Below, in pieces: positions 37,114 to 43,818 of a stretch of 43,818 nucleotides of DNA. Numbering within the stretch: the first letter of the stretch is position 1; every line of letters starts with the position of its first letter. Source of the stretch: Macrostomum lignano (taxonomy: Eukaryota); the NCBI GenBank assembly GCA_002269645.1, contig NIVC01004503.1:1-43818 (forward strand), in the 5' to 3' direction. The notes under the pieces are model-generated. The model worked only from the letters and a program-made list of their open reading frames with translations, was not told where the DNA came from and searched no databases. Made by a program: the position numbers and the translations under genes.

Positions 37114-39240
37114 AGTCTGCTGAGTGACAGCAAATGGTGTATAGCACAAACAATCAGTCTGCTGAGTGACCAATCAGACACATTAATTAGCACACACTGT
37201 GTCTGCTGAGTGACCAATCAGACACATTAATTAGCACACACTGTGTCTGCTGAGTGACCAATCAGACACATTAATTAGCACACAGTGTCTGCTGAGTGAC
37301 CAATCAGACACATTAATTAGCACACACTGTCTGCTGAGTGACCAATCTGACACATTAATTAGCACACACTGTCTGCTGAGTGACCAATCTGACACATTAA
37401 TTAGCACACACTGTCTGCTGAGTGACCAATCTGACACATTAATTAGCACACACACAATCAGTCTGCTGAGTGACCAATCTGACACATTAATTAGCACACA
37501 CTGTCTGCTGAGTGACCAATCTGACACATTAATTAGCACACACTGTCTGCTGAGTGACCAATCAGACACATTAATTAGCACACACTGTCTGCTGAGTGAC
37601 CAATCTGACACATTAATTAGCACACACACAATCAGTCTGCTGAGTGACCAATCTGACACATTAATTAGCACACACTGTCTGCTGAGTGACCAATCTGACA
37701 CATTAATTAGCACACAATCAGTCTGCTGAGTGACCAATCTGACACATTAATTAGCACACACTGTCTGCTGAGTGACCAATCTGACACATTAATTAGCACA
37801 CACACAATCAGTCTGCTGAGTGACCAATCTGACACATTAATTAGCACACACTGTCTGCTGAGTGACCAATCTGACACATTAATTAGCACACACTGTCTGC
37901 TGAGTGACCAATCTGACACATTAATTAGCACACACTGTCTGCTGAGTGACCAATCTGACACATTAATTAGCACACACTGTCTGCTGAGTGACCAATATGA
38001 CACATTAATTAGCACACACTGTCTGCTGAGTGACCAATCTGACACATTAATTAGCACACAATCAGTCTGCTGAGTGACCAATCTGACACATTAATTAGCA
38101 CACACTGTCTGCTGAGTGACCAATCTGACACATTAATTAGCACACACTGTCTGCTGAGTGACCAATCTGACACATTAATTAGCACACACTGTCTGCTGAG
38201 TGACCAATCTGACACATTAATTAGAACACACACAATCAGTCTGCTGAGTGACCAATCTGACACATTAATTAGCACACACTGTCTACTGAGTGACCAATCT
38301 GACACATTAATTAGCACACACTGTCTGCTGAGTGACCAATCTGACACATTAATTAGCACACACTGTCTGCTGAGTGACCAATCAGACACATTAATTAGCA
38401 CACACTGTCTGCTGAGTGACCAATCTGACACATTAATTAGCACACACACAATCAGTCTGCTGAGTGACAAATCTGACACATTAATTAGCACACACTGTCT
38501 GCTGAGTGACCAATCTGACACATTAATTAGCACACACTGTCTGCTGAGTGACCAATCTGACACATTAATTAGCACACACTGTCTGCTGAGTGACCAATCT
38601 GACACATTAATTAGCACACACTGTCTGCTGAGTGACCAATCTGACACATTAATTAGCACACACTGTCTGCTGAGTGACCAATCTGACACATTAATTAGCA
38701 CACACACAATCAGTCTGCTGAGTGACCAATCTGACACATTAATTAGCACACACTCTGCTGAGTGACCAATCTGACACATTAATTAGCACACAATCAGTCT
38801 GCTGAGTGACCAATCTGACACATTAATTAGCACACACTGTCTGCTGAGTGACCAATCTGACACATTAATTAGCACACACTGTCTGCTGAGTGACCAATCT
38901 GACACATTAATTAGCACACACTGTCTGCTGAGTGACCAATCTGACACATTAATTAGCACACACACAATCAGTCTGCTGAGTGACCAATCTGACACATTAA
39001 TTAGCACACACTGTCTGCTGAGTGACCAATCTGACACATTAATTAGCACACAATCAGTCTGCTGAGTGACCAATCTGACACATTAATTAGCACACACTGT
39101 CTGCTGAGTGACCAATCTGACACATTAATTAGCACACACTGTCTGCTGAGTGACCAATCTGACACATTAATTAGCACACACTGTCTGCTGAGTGACCAAT
39201 CTGACACATTAATTAGCACACACTGTCTGCTGAGTGACCA
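37114..39240. repeat. 42-bp satellite (GTCTGCTGAGTGACCAATCTGACACATTAATTAGCACACACT)n, ~48 copies, with interspersed 44- and 48-bp junction variants
   Basis: Read directly. The CVLINVSDWSLSRQ ORFs at 37231-39073 are its translations. Confidence 0.97.
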
Positions 39241-40032
39241 AAAATAAATTCCGACTGTGTTTTGAATTTCCCGATTGCAAGATAAACAAATAATAAAAGT
39301 AAAAAAACTATATTTTTTTGTTTTGTTATATTAGAAGCGTCCGTATGCAATTTAATTAATTGTAGCAAACAGTAGCATGGGCTGATAAACTATACAGACT
39401 TGTGGACAGCAAGCTCAGAGGACAACAATTAACCTCCGTCCAGATGGAACAGATCTCCGGTTGAAGAGTTTATTTATTACAAAAAATGCCTCAAATATTA
39501 ATTAACAATTATTTCTAATGATAATATTAGATGAAAAATAATGCAAGTCACAAGTGTACACAGGTACAAAAGTTTTGACAAGTAATACAGCAATATATTA
39601 ATGCCACGGTAATGTACACATATAGTACATTTTCATTAACAACAAATATAACAAACAAGGCTGCACTAAAGTAACAAAAATTCCCTCTGACTACTTGGAC
39701 AGGCAAGCAAGTAGTAGTGAACTATAATAATACTTTCTAAAACGTATTCAACGATCTAGGAGTATTAAGCTAGCATGTCAAAGTAATTAAATAGCTATTT
39801 ATTAATAATTCATATACCACTAGCATGTTTTCGTTGAATACTACTAAAGTTAGACCTATTGAGCAGCTAGCATGGAACATGCCATTATTTTTTATTAACT
39901 AAACTGGCAAATCAGTAAGGGACACTGGAAACAGATGTAAAAAGGGATTTTAAACTTTTAAATTATTATTAAAGGATTTTAAACTACTGAAACATGAGAT
40001 TAAGAAATAGAAGCAGAAACCATAGGAAAAAG

Positions 40033-40762
40033 AAAGATAGACGGGGGAGAAATAGAATGACAGATGGGGGAGAAATAGAAAGACAGATGGGGGAGAAAAA
40101 GGATGACAGATGGGGGAGAAATAGAATGACAGATGGGGGAGAAATAGAAAGACAGATGGGGGGAGAAATAGAAAGACAGATGGGGGGAGAAATAGAAAGA
40201 CAGATGGGGGGAGAAATAGAATGACAGATGGGGGGAGAAATAGAAAGACAGATGGGGGGAGAAATATGATGACAGATGGGGGAGAAATAGAATGACAGAT
40301 GGGGGAGAAATAGAAAGACAGATGGGGGAGAAATAGAAAGACAGATGGGGGGAGAAATAGAATGACAGATGGGGGAGAAATAGAAAGAAAGATTGGGGGA
40401 GAAATAGAATGACATATGGGGGGGGAGAAATAGAAAGACAGATGGGGGAGAAATAGAAAGACAGATGGGGGAGAAATAGAAAGACAGATGGGGAGAGAAA
40501 TATAAAAATAGATGGGGAGAGAAATAGAAAGATAGATGGGGAGAAATAGAAAAATAGGTGGGGAGAGAAATAGAAAGATAGATGGGGAAAAATAGAGTGA
40601 TAGATGGAGGAGAAATAGAAAGATAGATAGGGAGAGAAATAGAAAGATAGATGGGGAGAGAAATATAAAGATAGATGGGGAGAGAAATATAAAGATAGAT
40701 GGGGAGAGAAATATAAAGATAGATGGAGAGAGAAATAGAAAGATAGATGGGGAGAAATAGAA
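40033..40762. repeat. Purine-rich 23-25-bp minisatellite (GAGAAATAGAAAGACAGATGGGGG)n, ~30 copies, variable G-run
   Basis: Read directly; the + strand is almost all A/G. Confidence 0.93.
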
Positions 40763-40856
40763 AACAGAGCAACAAGTCTGCAAGAGACAGACACAGAGAT
40801 ATCAAAAAAGGACAATGCAGTTAAACAAATCATTGCAATTTTAACTCGGCCAGAAT

Positions 40857-41108
40857 TCAAGACCTACTTGTGCGCGACTTCTTGTGCGCGAACCGGGTCT
40901 TGTGACGGTGCCGACGCTTAGGCGCCGCGGGCGCCGACGCGCCACCGGAAGCTGCACCAGCGGCCGCGCTCGCGGAAGCAGAATCGGAAGCGAAGCCCCG
41001 ACGAAGGGCGGACAGCTTGACTGGGACACCCGATAGGAGCCGAACCCGTTCAGGCAGTGCCCGTTGCGCCGCGTTACCTTGATTGTTAAGCCTGGAAATG
41101 TAACCCAG
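40857..41108 (-). CDS. Possible terminal exon of Ada2b (LGYISRLNNQ...AAPKRRHRHKTRFAHKKSRTSRS*)
   Basis: Acceptor TTTAAAATCAG| at 41109-41110. The phase-0 frame is open for 83 aa with a basic NLS-like end, and GYISR resembles the GWISR/GYI end of Ada2 SWIRM domains. Connection to the upstream exon is not frame-consistent as assembled. Confidence 0.4.
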   Translation of the reverse strand: MGYISRLNNQGNAAQRALPERVRLLSGVPVKLSALRRGFASDSASASAAAGAASGGASAPAAPKRRHRHKTRFAHKKSRTSRS

Positions 41109-41134
41109 CTGATTTTAAATGGACATACGATTCT

Positions 41135-41541
41135 TATTCCAGCATCATGGACACCTATTCCAGCATCATGGACACCTATTCCAGCATCATGGACACCTAT
41201 TCCAGCATCATGGACACCCATTCCAGCATCATGGACACCTATTCCAGCATCATGGACACCCATTCCAGCATCATGGACACCTATTCCAGCATCATGGACA
41301 CCTATTCCATCATCATGGACACCTATTCCAGCATCATGGACACCCATTCCAGCATCATGGACACCTATTCCATCATCATGGACACCTATTCCAGCATTAT
41401 CGACACCTATTCCAGCATCATGGACACCCATTCCATCATCATGGACACCTATTCCATCATCATGGACACCTATTCCATCATCATGGACACCTATTCCAGC
41501 ATCATGGACACCTATTCCAGCATCATGGACACCCATTCCAG
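41135..41541. repeat. 21-bp minisatellite (TATTCCAGCATCATGGACACC)n, ~19 copies, intronic
   Basis: Period 21 read directly; it produces repetitive ORFs in four frames. Confidence 0.96.
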
Positions 41542-41549
41542 AAGCTCAC

Positions 41550-41928
41550 CATTAGTTCGATCGAGCTCGGGTGATACAAGCTGGTCAGACACCTGATGAT
41601 CTTGCTGCCGACGTCCGCCCCGACGATGCAGTCGCTGCTGCTGATGCTGATGCTCACGCAGCTGCAGCCGATGCTGATGACCATCAACGCCATCCTGCGA
41701 GCTGCCGCCGTCCCTTCGCCGATGCAGATGATGCTGCTGCCATACTGAGCAGACTGACACTGGCAGGAACCAGCGATGGCACCGAACTAATTGATGCCGC
41801 TCATGCTGCTGAGAATACGGCAGCCGAGACGAGCTCGAGGACAGCGTAGCGGAGGCGGGGGCCGGCCTCGGCCACGGCCGCCACCGCCATTAGTGGCAGC
41901 GAGTGCGCTGGCCGGCGGAAGAAATCGA
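41550..41928 (-). CDS. Probable low-complexity exon of Ada2b, reading frame unresolved
   Basis: Acceptor TTTTTTCCGCAG| at 41929-41930 and donor ATG|GTGAGC at 41549; GC-rich. Phase-1 entry gives VDFFRRPAH...VFSAA* (stop at 41801). The other frames have stops at 41787-41789 or ~41890. Confidence 0.4.
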
Positions 41929-42084
41929 CTGCGGAAAAAATCGATTAACTTATAATGCTACTGAATGGGGGGTTGTTGTAAGTAGTAAAACACGCTTATT
42001 AGATGAAAATTGTAATTGGATTTTTTATGCTGCTCAAAAACCGGAATTTCAGAAAGCAGCGCCAATAAAAAAATAACGAAAACC

Positions 42085-42534
42085 ACTGGGAAGCCAATGG
42101 CGCCAACTGACACGAGACAAAATGGCGCCAACTAATACGGGAAAGAATGGCGCCAGCTGACAAGAGAGAGAATGGCGCCACATGATACGGAAGAGAAGGG
42201 CGGCAACTGACACGAGAGAATGGCGCCAACTGACTGGGAAGCCAATGACGCCAACTGACACGGGAGAGAATGGCGCCAACTGACACGGGAGAGAATGGCG
42301 CCAACTGACACGGGAGAGAATGGCGCCAACTGACACGGGAGAGAATGACGCCAACTGACACGGGAGAGAATGGCGCCAACTGACACGGGAGAGAATGGCG
42401 CCAACTGACACGGGAGAGAATGGCGCCAACTGACAGGGAAGCAAATGGCGCCAACTGACAGGGAAGCCAATGGCGCCAACTGACTGGGAAGCCAATGGCG
42501 CCAACTGACAGGGAAGCCAATGGCGCCAACTGAC
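42085..42534. repeat. 25-bp minisatellite (AATGGCGCCAACTGACACGGGAGAG)n, ~18 copies, intronic
   Basis: Period 25 read directly. It accounts for the SWRHSLPCQLAP tail of ORF 41999-43003. Confidence 0.95.
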
Positions 42535-42546
42535 GCGGTAACTCAC

Positions 42547-43054
42547 CCGGCAGGCGTTTCGCCCCGGCAGTCCGCAGTCTCAACAGCTGACTAATCTCCC
42601 ATTTAAGCCGTTCCTCCCGTTCCACGCCGGCCAAGAACTGCCTGGCCTCGGCTGACCCGAGATACCGCAGGAATGGCTTCAATCGATCGTCAACGTCTAA
42701 CGCATTGTAGTTGACGGCGTGCCGCCTCCGAGGCCCGGGCTGGGCCAACAGACGGGCTGAGGCGGGCGGGCGGCCGCCGACCCCCCTGGCCAGGATGCAG
42801 CGCATAGCCTGGTGCAGCAGGCCGTGCCTAGCAGCAATCAGTTTCCGACGCTGTCGCTCCTGCAGCCGGCCGGTGTACATGTCGATTTGGGCTACGCGCA
42901 GCGCGTTGTCGAGCTCGTCCTGCTCGAAGCTGGGCTGCAGCTGGCACAGCAGGCTTTCAGCTTCATTGTCATAGTCGCGTTCGAAATCGCCTCGCAGAGG
43001 CATAAAGCCGAGCAGCTGGGCCTCCTCCTGAGTCAGGTCGGCCGGCGGCAGGGC
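42547..43054 (-). CDS. TADA2B: Transcriptional adaptor 2-beta (Ada2b; SAGA HAT-module subunit), internal exon
   Basis: The translation ALPPADLTQEEAQLLGFMPLRGDFERDYDNEAESLLCQL...ALRVAQIDMYTGRLQERQRRKLIAARHGL...RLKPFLRY...EREERLKWEISQLLRLRTAG matches, from my recall of the family, the conserved Ada2 box (GYMPLRxDFExEYDNxAE; ..VDMY..LxERxRRK). Acceptor CATCTCACAG| at 43055-43056, donor G|GTGAGT at 42546. The ZZ and SANT exons would lie beyond the window. Confidence 0.88.
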
Positions 43055-43060
43055 CTGTGA

Positions 43061-43818
43061 GATGGGTTATGGGATGCTCAGTGTGGATTTATGGAGTATG
43101 GGATGCTCAGTGTGGGATTTATGGAGTATGGATGATCACATTGGTCAGTGTGGGATTTATGAGGTATGGGATGATCAGTGTGGTATTTATGGGGTATGGG
43201 ATTATCAGTGTGGGATTTATGGGGTATGGGATTATCAGTGTGGGATTTATGGGTATGGGATTATCAGTGTGGGATTTATGGAGTATGGGATGCTCAGTGT
43301 GGGATTTATGGGTATGGGATGCTCAGTGTGGTATTTATGGAGTATGGGATGCTCAGTGTGGGATTTATGGGGTATGGGATGATCACATTGATCAGTGTGG
43401 ATTTATGAGGTATGGGATGATCGGTGTGGTATTTATGGGGTATGGGATGATCGGTGTGGTATTTATGGGTATGGGATGATCAGTGTGGTATTTATGGGGT
43501 ATGGGATGCTCAGTGTGGTATTTATGGGTATGGGATGATCGGTGTGGTATTTATGGGTATGGATGATCAGTGTGGTATTTATGGGGTATGGATGATCGGT
43601 GTGGTATTTATGGGGTATGGGGTGATCGGTGTGGTATTTATGGGTATGGATGATCAGTGTGGTATTTATGGAGTATGGGATAATCAGTGTGGGATTTATG
43701 GGGTTTGGGATGATCAGTGTGGGATTTATGGGGTATGGGATGCTCAGTGTGGATTTATCAATTATGGGATGAACAGCAGTGTGGAATTTATGATGGTATG
43801 GATGATCAATGTTTGATT
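43061..43818. repeat. ~28-30-bp minisatellite (TATGGGATGATCAGTGTGGGATTTATGGGG)n, intronic, running off the window end
   Basis: Read directly; ~25 degenerate copies. Confidence 0.93.

Noticed and set aside
37231-39073. CVLINVSDWSLSRQ-repeat ORFs
   Set aside because: Translations of the 42-bp satellite, with frames broken by the 44-bp variants.
39950-41596. Repetitive ORFs (SPSIFLFL, HHGHLFQ, WTPIPAS, GVHDAGI, MDTYSSI)
   Set aside because: Translations of the 23-25-bp and 21-bp minisatellites in several frames at once; the His-rich reading is not evidence of a metal-binding protein.
41999-42546. C-terminal half of the 334-aa ORF as part of Ada2b
   Set aside because: Ada2 similarity ends at a strong donor (G|GTGAGT, 42546); the rest is intronic 25-bp repeat.
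43057-43816. Cys/Gly/Trp-rich ORFs (CGIYGVWD repeats)
   Set aside because: Translations of the ~30-bp intronic minisatellite on the strand opposite Ada2b.

Overview
Eukaryotic, intron-containing, very repeat-rich animal DNA. I see no rRNA, tRNA, CRISPR array or prokaryotic operon. The GC-rich low-complexity exons and many 20-40 bp minisatellites resemble a free-living flatworm such as Macrostomum, but the host is an unverified inference. Three genes are supported. (1) A 4-exon + strand gene (9253-11938) for a ~558-aa low-complexity protein with one SH3 domain. (2) A giant - strand gene for a predicted type I transmembrane, strongly acidic PTS mucin of ~6,600 aa. It has a possible signal peptide at 36086, a 19.1-kb coding array of 94 copies of a 204-bp/68-aa unit (16571-35714), a short transmembrane exon (16330-16414) and a probable cytoplasmic-tail exon (14161-14350); two 1-nt deletions break the frame. 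(3) The 3' part of a - strand Ada2b/TADA2B gene, whose clear exon is 42547-43054 and whose introns are almost filled by different minisatellites. Between the genes lie a TSD-flanked 851-bp retro-like insertion, a perfect 131-bp duplication tied to (TATC)n arrays, and several satellites (22, 34, 38 and 42 bp units). Coordinates, phases and counts were worked out by hand; no database searches were run.
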